A DNA stretch of 32,414 bases from Octopus bimaculoides (Eukaryota): contig NC_068993.1 of assembly GCF_001194135.2 (NCBI RefSeq), forward strand, positions 9,784,398 through 9,816,811, in the 5' to 3' direction. The stretch's first letter is position 1. The number at the start of each line of letters is the position of its first letter. The notes beneath the pieces are model-generated. The model had not been told where the DNA came from, ran no database searches, and was given only the letters and a program-made list of their open reading frames with translations. The position numbers were made by a program, and so were the translations under genes. Of this stretch, positions 22,440 to 32,390 are shown piece by piece.

Positions 22440-22555
22440 GTAAAATGAACAACATTAGATCAGTCAGTCTATATATATTCCTTTCCCCTCATACGACCAT
22501 CCAGATCTTTCTACTGTTTGCTTCATCATTTGTTTCATGTTAACATGGCTTAAAT

Positions 22556-22912
22556 CAGTAGTTCTCAAATGCAGTCCTCAAGGCCCTTGAGGGTCCTCAT
22601 AAAATTTTGTTGTTTAAATTTGTTCAATAAAATTGCTTCTATTTCTACAGTACACTATTGTGTTTTACTTTTTTAATACAATTCCTGATAATATTTAATC
22701 ATAGAAATACACAGAGATTTAAGAGATGAGGAATTAAGTACATTATTTACATTATTTGCATTTGACGGATGAGGACAAACATCCGTCAAATGTCAATAAT
22801 GTATAGAAATACAGTAGGATTTTTTTATACACATCAAATGACTATGGAGGGCCAGTAGAATAAAATAGGAACCAAAAGGGTCCATAGGAAAAAAGATGGT
22901 TGGGAAACACTG
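22556..22912. mobile_element. hAT-type MITE, diverged, containing an inverted family-E fragment
   Basis: Termini cagtagttctcaa...ttgggaaacactg; flanking 8-mers gcttaaat and ggttagat (6/8 match). Confidence 0.7.
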
Positions 22913-22957
22913 GGTTAGATGAATATATTGAGGCGAGTTTTTTAATTTTTTTAAACA

Positions 22958-23340
22958 GGTGCAGGAGTGGTACGTAGCTTGTTTACCAACCACATGGTTC
23001 AGGGTTCAGTCCCACTGCATGGTACCTTGGGCAAGTGTCTTCTACTATAGCCTCGGGCTGACCAAAGCCTTATGAGTAGATTTGGTAGATGGAAACTGAA
23101 AGAAGCCCATCGTATATATGTGTGTGTGTGTGTGTGTTTGTGTTTGTCCCTCCACCATTGCTTGACAACTGATGTTGGTGCATTTACATCCCTGTAACTT
23201 AGCTGTTTGGCAAAAGAGACTGATAGGATAAGTACTTGGCTTACAAAGAATAAGTCCTGGGGTCAATTTGTCTGACTAAAGGTGGTGCTCCAGCATGGCT
23301 GCAGTCAAGTGACTGAAACAAGTAAAAGAGTAAAAAGAGT
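22958..23340 (+). mobile_element. SINE family A, full-length
   Basis: ggtgcaggagtgg...ggttcagtcccactgc...ccttgggcaagtgtcttctactatagcc...aaacaagtaaaagagtaaaaagagt. Confidence 0.95.
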
Positions 23341-23961
23341 TAGATACCGTGTCAGTCACTGCCCTTAACTGTTTCCCAAGTAAGGGATCTTTTTATATCA
23401 CATGCCTCCAAAGGTACCAACCAAGTGGATGATTTACTGATAGAAATGGCAACAGCAGCACCACATATAGCTAGCAACTTTTGTAGAGTGTAAATGTAAG
23501 TGAATACATACACACATACACATACACACATGCACATACGCACATATGTATTGCCATTATTTTAATGTCCACTTTTCAATGCCTTGGTTTGTGTGGACAG
23601 AATTTAATGAGGTGGATTTTCTATGACCAGGTGTAGGCATGGCCTTGTGGTAAGCGCCCTGCTTCCCAACCACATGGTTCCAGCTTCAGTCCTCTGCTTC
23701 CCCCTTGGCACCTGGGTCACATTCCTGCTCATCCCTTCCACTCCACTCACCGTTACCACAAACACAGACCACTTTCTGCTCCAAATTCAAAATGGTTGTA
23801 TTTCACAAATAAAACTTAACCTAATCGATCCACTACTTTGGTGTTTTTACATCCATCTCCCCCTTTCATCCACCCCATTATCACCCCACTTCAACACCCC
23901 TACCCATTTCTCCACCACCTCTCCTCCGTAGGTGGGGGACAGTACTACCCACTTTGGATTT

Positions 23962-24351
23962 TGTTGTTGTTGTTGGCACTCCGTCGCTTACGATGTTGAG
24001 GGTTCCAGTTGATCCGATCAACGGAACAGCCTGCTTGTGAAATTAACGTGCAAGTGGCTGAGCACTCCACAGACACGTGTATCCTTAACGTAGTTCTCAG
24101 AGATATTCAGCGTGACACAGTGTGACAAGGCTGGCCCCTTTGAATTACAGGCATAACAGAAACAGGAAGTAAGAGTGAGAGAAAGTTGTGGTGAAAGAGT
24201 ACAGCAGAGTTCGCCACCATCCCCTGCCGGAGCCTCGTGGAGCTTTAGGTGTTTTCGCTCAATGAACACTCACAATGCCTGGATTGGGAATCGAAACCGC
24301 GATCCTATGACCGCAAGTCCGCTGCCCTAACCACTGGGCCATTCCTCCTCC
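23962..24351 (-). mobile_element. tRNA-derived SINE family C, full-length with an (AAC)n tail
   Basis: Minus-strand head aatggcccagtggttagggcagcggacttgcggtcataggatcgcggtttcgattccc (A and B boxes) and tail gacggagtgcc(aac)n. Confidence 0.88.
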
Positions 24352-25422
24352 ACATCCACTTTGGATACCACTGGGATAAACAAATGCTTCAGTTTACCCA
24401 GACATTTACTCAATGCTGCTCAGCAGGATGGATCCTACAGAGAACCACATGGGCATGCTTGACTGAAGAATACTGCCAAACCAACTGGAAAATGGTGTGG
24501 TTCAGAGGAGGGTTGCATTGTCGAGTATGACTCTTCCAAATCATCTTCTTACATGAAAATAGAATAACCACGCAATAATTTTCATAGACAAAAATAAAAG
24601 TCTAATTTAATTCCGTTGTATACTCGTGCATAACAATGGTTCTTTATTTTGTTTTTTTTAATATTTTGTGAACAACAGATGGTTTACAGATCAATAAAAC
24701 TTTTGCTGTAAAGATTAATCATATTCATCATATTGATTATTATTTTTTTAGCAATAAGATGGTTCGATAGAAATATATTTATTTTCCATGTATTTATTTG
24801 TAGTGGATGGCTCCTTTCTCTTTCTCTCTCTCTCTCACTTGTAAGTAATATATAGTTTATTGCCTGCTCCCCGCTCTCCTGTTCACCAAATGTGACAACT
24901 TGGTAGATAAACATCAGGCTTCCCTCTCTGTAGTTCCCATGGAGACAGCCACATACATCTGTTCGGCAGAGGTGGGGGTAGCATAACTCTATAACCCCCC
25001 TCACACATCCTAGAACAAAGAACAAAAACCAGAGCCAGAGAGAAATGGATTTATCGGTGGAATATGATTTAATAGATAGATCCATAAAAGCCAAGAGATA
25101 GGATGTGTGTGGATGGGGTGGAAGGGGTCTCGAAGACAACAAGTGAGTGGTGAGGGATTAGTGGTTAAGATAACTGGGAGTGGATTAGTGATTTATTTGT
25201 TGAAACCATGCATAGTAGTGTGGTCAGCAAGGTGAGAGTTAGTAACAAGTTCAGTAGTGATTTTAGTACATGCAATAGGTGTACATCAATGAATTCCTTT
25301 CTGCCCCCTCTTGTTTATTATAGTTCATCAGGCCATAACAAGGGAGTCCAGGACTGACTGTTCATGGGGATTCCTTTATGTCTGCCACTGAGTTCTTGTA
25401 GCTGGTCATGTTAGAAAGGATT

Positions 25423-25520
25423 GTTCTGAGTTCAAATTCTGCTGAGGTCGACTTTTTTGTCTTTCATCCTTTCAGGGTTGAAGTACCAGTTGAGTACTTG
25501 GGTCAATGTAATCGACTATC
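25423..25520 (+). mobile_element. SINE family B internal fragment
   Basis: ttctgagttcaaattctgctgaggtcgacttt..tctttcatcctttcagggt. Confidence 0.8.
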
Positions 25521-25775
25521 TCCCCACCCCCCTTTTCACCATCAGACACCTCTTACTCAGTCCATCCAGCCAGGGTTGATCAAGTCCTTGCTTGCATTCA
25601 AATAGCAGAAAACTACTGGTCTTTCATGGAAGCTACCCTGTGACCTTCGCTGCAGCTACAGTGATGGAATTTATAACCCTTCTTCGTTGGTGCCCCAGTT
25701 ATTCCAAGCCCATTCAGAGCTTTCTGAATTAAAACATTCCATGGAAATTCCATACCAATTTGTTTCAAACGCATA

Positions 25776-26030
25776 GGTGTAGACATAGGTGTCTTTGTAA
25801 GAAGCTTGCTTCCCACATGGTTCCAGGTTCAGTCCCACTGCATGGCTACTTGGGCAAGTGTCTTTTACTATAGCCTCGGGCTGATCAACGCCTTGTGAAT
25901 GGATTTGTTAGACAGAAACTAAGAGAAGCCCTTTATATAAGTATTAGGCTTACAAAGAATAAGTTATGGGGTTAAAATCCCTTAAGGTGGTGCTCCAGCA
26001 TGGCCATGGTCAAATGACTGGAACAAATAA
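25776..26030 (+). mobile_element. SINE family A, internally deleted
   Basis: Head and core are joined directly to the distal tail. Confidence 0.85.
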
Positions 26031-26056
26031 AATAATAATAATAATGACAAAGTTAA

Positions 26057-26636
26057 TTCTTTTATTCTTTTACTTGTTTCAGTCAAACAAATCAACCCCA
26101 GGACTTATTTTTTAAGCCTAGTACTTATTCTATTGGTCTCCTTCTGTTGAACTACTAAGTTATAGGAATGCAAACACACCAACATTGGTTCTCAAGCAGT
26201 GATGAGGGGACAAACACCGACTCGCACACACGTACAACAGGCTTCTTTCAGTTTCCTTATTTCTTTATTGCCCACAAGGGGCTAAACATAGAGGGGACAA
26301 ACAAGGACAGACAGAGGGGTTAAGTCGATTGCGTCAACCCCAGTGCGTAACTGGTACTTAATTATCGACTCTGAAAGGATGAAAGGCAAAGTTGACCTCG
26401 GTGGAATTTGAACTCGGAACGTAACGGAAGACGAAATACCGCTAAGCATTTTGCCTGGTGTGCTAACGTTTCTGCCAGCTCGCCCCCTTCTTTCAGTTTC
26501 TGTCTACCAAACCCACTCACAAGGCTTTGGTCAGTCTGAAGCTATAGTAGAAGACACTTGTCCAAGGTGCTGCACAGTGGGACTGAACCCAGAACTATGT
26601 GGTGGGGAAGCAAGCTTCTTACCACACAGCCATGCT
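26057..26636 (-). mobile_element. SINE family A split by a SINE B insertion
   Basis: Tail at 26057-26255 and head half at 26487-26636. Confidence 0.9.
26256..26486 (-). mobile_element. SINE family B, full-length with a perfect 14-bp TSD
   Basis: TSD cttctttcagtttc at 26242-26255 and 26487-26500. Confidence 0.95.
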
Positions 26637-27296
26637 ATACATTATTAACAAAAAAATTAATTGAAACCTAAGCAAAGTATTTTAATGGAGTCAAGTGGTA
26701 ACCCCCCCCCCCCCATGACTACTTCAGGGTTGTGGGGAGATTGACTATGTCATGCTGGATACTTTATCTCATAATAGAGTTTACCTTTACCTAGAAAAGG
26801 AGCAATGAAAATGTTCTGGGAGATTCTAGACTGCAGCCCTCCTCCACTTTCCAGAACAAAGCAAAGGGGGGGGGGGGGAAACCCCAACAAAAACCACCCA
26901 GAATTGACAGTTGTATATTCCCTCATTAGCATATGCTACAATGACTTAACTGCTGTCAAGCCAGAGACAAAGGGGAGGTGGTGGGTGTATTCCCATATAT
27001 GTACATTCGTCACCAAGAGACAAGGAGATGTAAGCAAAGAGAAATAATTCATTCTAGAATTGCTAAAATGGATATGGCAGTAGTGCCAAAGCCATAAATT
27101 TCTATTACACATGCTAGTTAAAATTCTTTTTTTGTTTCTTTTTTTTAACAACTTTTTTTTGTTTTCTAGAATGAGCTAACAGCATTATTTCACTTTATAA
27201 GTGATTATTTCACTTTATAAGCAAGGGCTCCTTTTAGTTTTCTTTCTTGCTCTCTCTCTCTATGTATGTATGTATGTATGTGTATATATGTGTGTA

Positions 27297-27934
27297 CCTG
27301 CTCAGGAGACTACACAAAGTTGCTGAAAATGTATGGAGAGGAGTTGAGTGGTTCGGACGTTTCCAAGATGGCCAAAAAAAGGTGGCTATTGACAAAATGT
27401 TCTGGGAGACCCGCAACCAGCAGAACTGAGAAAAACAGCAGATGTACATGCAACTGTGAGGGGAAATTGTTGAATCACCATCCATGAGTTGTCAGAGGAT
27501 GTGCAGATTAGTTACAGCTTTGTCCATTATCACTAAAGATTTGAGTATGAGGTGTGTGTCTGCCAAGTTTGTCCCAAAACTGCTTCCAGCTGACCAAAAA
27601 GACACTCTGGTTTCAGTTGCTCAAGATCTCCTTGATTGTGTCAAGAAGGATGAAAACTTTTTGAAAACTTTGCATAGGCCTCTGAGCAGGAATCGCCAAG
27701 CTTTTGGCAAAATTTGATGCAACTTCTCTGCTCAACTTTCTCTGTCATGATCAATGTGATGATCACACATTACACACCTTTCCTCCCAAGCACTGCTGTA
27801 AACAGCAAAAGTGAGCTAGGACGTTAAAACTTAGTGCACAGCAGTTTAACCTCAATCTGTGCCAAGCAGTTTCACTCTGTGCTTTCTCTTCTTTACTATG
27901 GAAACAGTCTGGATACTTTTGATCAGACCATGTA
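27297..27934. mobile_element. Tc1/mariner (mariner-type) transposon remnant with transposase pseudogene fragments on both strands
   Basis: Plus strand, frameshifted: EWFGRFQDG..SGRPATSRT..IITKDLSMRCVSAKFVPKLLPADQKDTLVSVAQDLLDCVKKDENFLKT, the mariner HTH plus WVPxxL-type linker. Minus strand from 27748: MTEKVEQRSCIKFCQKLGDSCSEAYAK, a mariner N-terminus. TIR cagtctggatacttttgatcagaccatg followed by TA at 27905-27934. Confidence 0.9.
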
Positions 27935-27946
27935 TTAAAGTTAGAT

Positions 27947-28318
27947 AAGGCTGGCTTATGGGATTACCTTAGGTTTCATGTCCATAAAAGTCTTAGCTTT
28001 ATGGCATATCATCAGCTCCCAAAGCCTGTAGGCTTAGGGCCTGTCTAGTGTGTGGCCTCTCTGCATGCCTACAATTATGTGTGATATTTTTTCTAGCAGC
28101 CTATCGTAATTAAAGGTGTCTATCCTATACATGTTTTTAGTCTTACCTGAGAAGATTAAGGACCTATTTGAGTTCTTTAGCAATCAAATGTTGGCATAGA
28201 GAAGCCTTTAGCCTCACTAGACAGGCCTTAAGCCAACAGGTTTTGAGACCTGATGATGCACCATAAAGCTAAGCCCTTTATGGACGTGAAACCTAAGGCA
28301 ATCCCATAAACTGGCCTT
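27947..28318. mobile_element. Foldback element/MITE with ~130-bp imperfect terminal inverted repeats
   Basis: aaggctggcttatgggattaccttaggtttcatgtccataaaagtcttagctttatgg... pairs with ...ccataaagctaagccctttatggacgtgaaacctaaggcaatcccataaactggcctt. Confidence 0.88.
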
Positions 28319-28399
28319 CAATTTACTCTGAATGTTTTTGACAAAATTTTGTACTTTAGAAGTTATTTCATGTTATAGTTATTGTATTTGGGTAATTTC

Positions 28400-28480
28400 A
28401 GCCAATCGACGACGTGTATTTGGTTGAAGAAACTACTGCTGTTTGCGATAGTAACCGAAGAGGAACAACTTCCGGGTCAT
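28400..28480. promoter_or_regulatory. Candidate core promoter: CCAAT box, ACGTG motif and ETS/GABP site in a CpG-retaining patch
   Basis: agccaatc at 28400-28407, gacgtg at 28411-28416, ACTTCCGGG at 28468-28476, and six CpGs in about 75 bp against CpG-poor unique flanks. Confidence 0.45.
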
Positions 28481-28524
28481 CTCTACTAAATGTCACCACT
28501 CTGTACATACATATATATATATAT

Positions 28525-28721
28525 AATCAAAATAAGCAACAAGGATATCCAGAGGTAATGCAGTACAATCGTTTCATGCAACTACATTACATCAATTTAA
28601 AATGCAGAGCAATCCTCTGCATTTTAAATTGATGTAATGATTACATTGTTCAATTAAATGGAGTTGCATGAAAAAATCATACTTGCATTACCTCTGGATA
28701 TCCTTGTTGCTTATTTTGATT
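28525..28721. mobile_element. Palindromic MITE with a perfect 38-bp TIR and an inner 25-bp hairpin
   Basis: TIRs at 28525-28562 and 28684-28721; inner arms at 28585-28609 and 28615-28639; a middle pair tttcatgcaact and agttgcatgaaa. Confidence 0.92.
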
Positions 28722-28836
28722 TTAATCACCTCACTTTGAAACTGTATGGATAATACGGTACTAAATTCTGGTGCCTAAACTTAAGTACCATATTCACTTG
28801 AATCTAAATTTTTGCTTATATATATATATATATATA

Positions 28837-28927
<91 letters not shown>

Positions 28928-30317
28928 CAAATAATATATGAGTATATGCATATATACGCACATGTATGTACATACCTACATCTACATGTATATATAGATG
29001 CATGCCTGGGTACAGGACGTTGCAAAAAAACGTGGACCAAATGATAAACAGAGTACAGAAAACACACCGGTCACATAGAGAACATTTCCTTCATCAGCTG
29101 CCACCATTCTAAAACTAAGCACATATATATATGTGTGTGTGTGTTTGTGCATCTGTTTNNNNNNNNNNNNNNNNNNNNNNNNNNNNNNNNNNNNNNNNNN
29201 NNNNNNNNNNNNNNNNNNNNNNNNNNNNNNNNNNNNNNNNNNNNNNNNNNNNNNNNNNNNNNNNNNNNNNNNNNNNNNNNNNNNNNNNNNNNNNNNNNNN
29301 NNNNNNNNNNNNNNNNNNNNNNNNNNNNNNNNNNNNNNNNNNNNNNNNNNNNNNNNNNNNNNNNNNNNNNNNNNNNNNNNNNNNNNNNNNNNNNNNNNNN
29401 NNNNNNNNNNNNNNNNNNNNNNNNNNNNNNNNNNNNNNNNNNNNNNNNNNNNNNNNNNNNNNNNNNNNNNNNNNNNNNNNNNNNNNNNNNNNNNNNNNNN
29501 NNNNNNNNNNNNNNNNNNNNNNNNNNNNNNNNNNNNNNNNNNNNNNNNNNNNNNNNNNNNNNNNNNNNNNNNNNNNNNNNNNNNNNNNNNNNNNNNNNNN
29601 NNNNNNNNNNNNNNNNNNNNNNNNNNNNNNNNNNNNNNNNNNNNNNNNNNNNNNNNNNNNNNNNNNNNNNNNNNNNNNNNNNNNNNNNNNNNNNNNNNNN
29701 NNNNNNNNNNNNNNNNNNNNNNNNNNNNNNNNNNNNNNNNNNNNNNNNNNNNNNNNNNNNNNNNNNNNNNNNNNNNNNNNNNNNNNNNNNNNNNNNNNNN
29801 NNNNNNNNNNNNNNNNNNNNNNNNNNNNNNNNNNNNNNNNNNNNNNNNNNNNNNNNNNNNNNNNNNNNNNNNNNNNNNCCTCACCTATGTTACTATTTCT
29901 TTTGATACCTGATTTACAAATTATGGTGGGGTGGGAGGGAGAAAGCAAAGCAATATATAAAGTACCCCCCACCCCCAAAAAAGAGCAGAGAGAATGTTTT
30001 GAAGGGAGGGGTGATAGTAGAGTGTTGATAGTTGACGACGATGATGATGATGATGGTGATGAGGATGACATTACTAGTTGGGTGGAAGGGGTAGGTGGCT
30101 CTTGGTCCCCTCAGTTGGTGATGATTAAACATACAAATGTTGCAGTCCTGACAACCCTGTGGCATTTTTTACTTTTAGGCTTGTCTTGGACTGATTATCA
30201 AGCAATGTGCCACACCTTGTTAATGACAGAAAATGGGGATGGGGTATTATCTGAGGAATTTGGGTCACCATTTCTTGCAGATCAGGGCTAATTGACCATT
30301 CAAATTGCATGAGGAGT

Positions 30318-30681
30318 TGTACTTTAATTCCAGTCATGCTGAAGTTCCACCTCAAAGAATTTTAGTCCAACAAATCAAACACCATAATTATATTTTGTAA
30401 AACCTGGTACTTATTTTATTTACTTTTGCTAAGCGCTAAGTTATAGGGCACCAGTTTACACTAGTTGCCAAGCAGTGGAGGGGTGCGGATGAGGATGAAC
30501 AGACACAGACGCACACACACATACATGACTGGCTTCTTTTAGTTTGTCTACCAAATCTACTAACAAGACTTTGGTCAGCCCAATGCTATGGTAGAAGACA
30601 TTTGCCCAAGGTGCCACACAGTGGTACAGAACCTAGAACCATGTGGCTGGGAAGCAAACTTCTTACCACAGCCATGCCTGC
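30318..30681 (-). mobile_element. SINE family A, diverged near full-length copy
   Basis: cctggtacttatt...ggcttcttttagttt..ctaccaaatc...gaagacatttgcccaaggtgcc...ttaccacagccatgcctgc. Confidence 0.85.
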
Positions 30682-30944
30682 TTCTTGACAATGGATTATT
30701 TTCACATTCTTGAAAGGGGTATCCATTGCAGAACACCCCATCCTTTTTTATTTACTGTTTATTTTATATATTTCTTTAGTGTAAAATTCACCCTTTTGAA
30801 ATACTAGAGTACTTGGTTGGTTGGAAATAGGAACTGAGACTGCTGCATCCTGTTAGTCTCATATTGGTAATTTAATAGGTATCTTTGAAGTGAAATAATA
30901 GATCTGAAAGCATTAAACAAGAAAAAAAAAATCAAGCTAAAGCA

Positions 30945-31100
30945 TCATTTTATGGTAAGAAGCTTGCTTCCCACCCACAGGGTTCCAGGTTCAACCCTAC
31001 TGCACGGCACCTTGGGCAGGTGCCTTCTACTATTGTCTTGTGACCAAAATCTTGTGAGTTGATTTGATAGATAGAGAATGAAAGAAGCCTGTTGTATACA
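30945..31100 (+). mobile_element. SINE family A head and core fragment
   Basis: ggtaagaagcttgcttccc...ggttcaaccctactgcacggcaccttgggcaggtgccttctacta. Confidence 0.85.
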
Positions 31101-31408
31101 TATGAAATAATATTTGTCTCTTAATATAGGGAGATTTAACTATTATGGCTTGATCTCCAGTTGAAACCTTGATTAAGCACAACTGTAATTAGCTGTATTT
31201 AGATGTGACCATTCTGCTTTTTTATCTGCCACTTCTTTCTGGGATTACATAATTCAGTGCTTCTCAAACTATCTGATGTGGTGTACCTGCAGCTTTTTTT
31301 TTCCAATGTGCCAGGGGTCAGTAATATTTCTTTGTAATATCAATTTATTCCGGAAACAATATATATATATTGTGAATATAATAGAAGTTGACAATTTTTT
31401 ATCTTATA

Positions 31409-32390
31409 TTCTTTTACTCTTTTACTTGTTTCAGTCATTTGACTGCAGCCATGCTGGAGCACCGCCTTTAGTCGAGCAAATCGATCTCAGGGCTTATTTT
31501 TTGTAAGCCTAGTACTTATTCTATCGGTCTTTTTTGCTGAACCGCTAAGTTACGGGGGATGTAAACATACCAGCATTACACATTACACATACACACACAG
31601 TACACATACACATGCAGTACACACACACACACACACACACACGACATACGTACACATACACATGCAGTACATGTACACACTCATGTGCAGTACACATGCA
31701 CATGCACACACGCAGTACATGTACACTCATGCAGTTGACATACACACATGTAGTACACATACACATGCAGTACATGTATAAGCATATATGCAGTAAACAT
31801 ATACACATACATGCAATACATGTACACACGCATGCACAGTTCATTTACATACATGCGCAGTACATGTACACATACATGCATAGTACATACACATATAGTA
31901 CACGTACACATGCGCATTACATATACGCACGTGCGCAGTACACATACACACATTCAGTATCTGTACACACACACACACACACACATATATGGCAGGCGAC
32001 GAGCTGGCAGAAACGTTAGCACGCCGGGCGAAATGCTTAGCGGTATTTCGTCTGCCACTACGTTCTGAGTTCAAATTCCGCCGAGGTCGACTTTGCCTTT
32101 CATCCTTTCGGGGCCGATTAAATAAGTACCAGTTACGTACTGGGGTCGGTATAATCGATTTAATCTGTTTGTCTGTCCTTGTTTGTCCCCTCTGTGTGTA
32201 GCCCCTTGTGGGTAGTAAAGAAATGACACATATATGGCAGGCTTCTTTCAGTTTCCACCTACCAAATCCACTCACAAGGCTTTAGTCAGTTCATGGCTAT
32301 AGTAGAAGACATTTGCCCAAGGTGCTGTGCAGTGGAACTGAAACCTGGAACTGTGTGGTTGGAAAGCAAACTTCTTAACCACACAGCCAT
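31409..32390 (-). mobile_element. SINE family A with a greatly expanded internal microsatellite and a nested SINE B
   Basis: Tail at 31409-31575, an AC/ACAT/ACATGCAGT-type array at about 31576-31994, and the head half at 32226-32390. Confidence 0.9.
31995..32225 (+). mobile_element. SINE family B, full-length with a perfect 14-bp TSD
   Basis: TSD acacatatatggca at 31981-31994 and 32226-32239. Confidence 0.95.

Noticed and set aside
22958-23030. tRNA gene-like A/B boxes here and at other SINE heads
   Set aside because: They continue into SINE core and tail sequence with no intact cloverleaf or T-run terminator.
27184-27221. 18-bp direct repeat attatttcactttataag, two copies
   Set aside because: A simple slippage duplication with no further structure.
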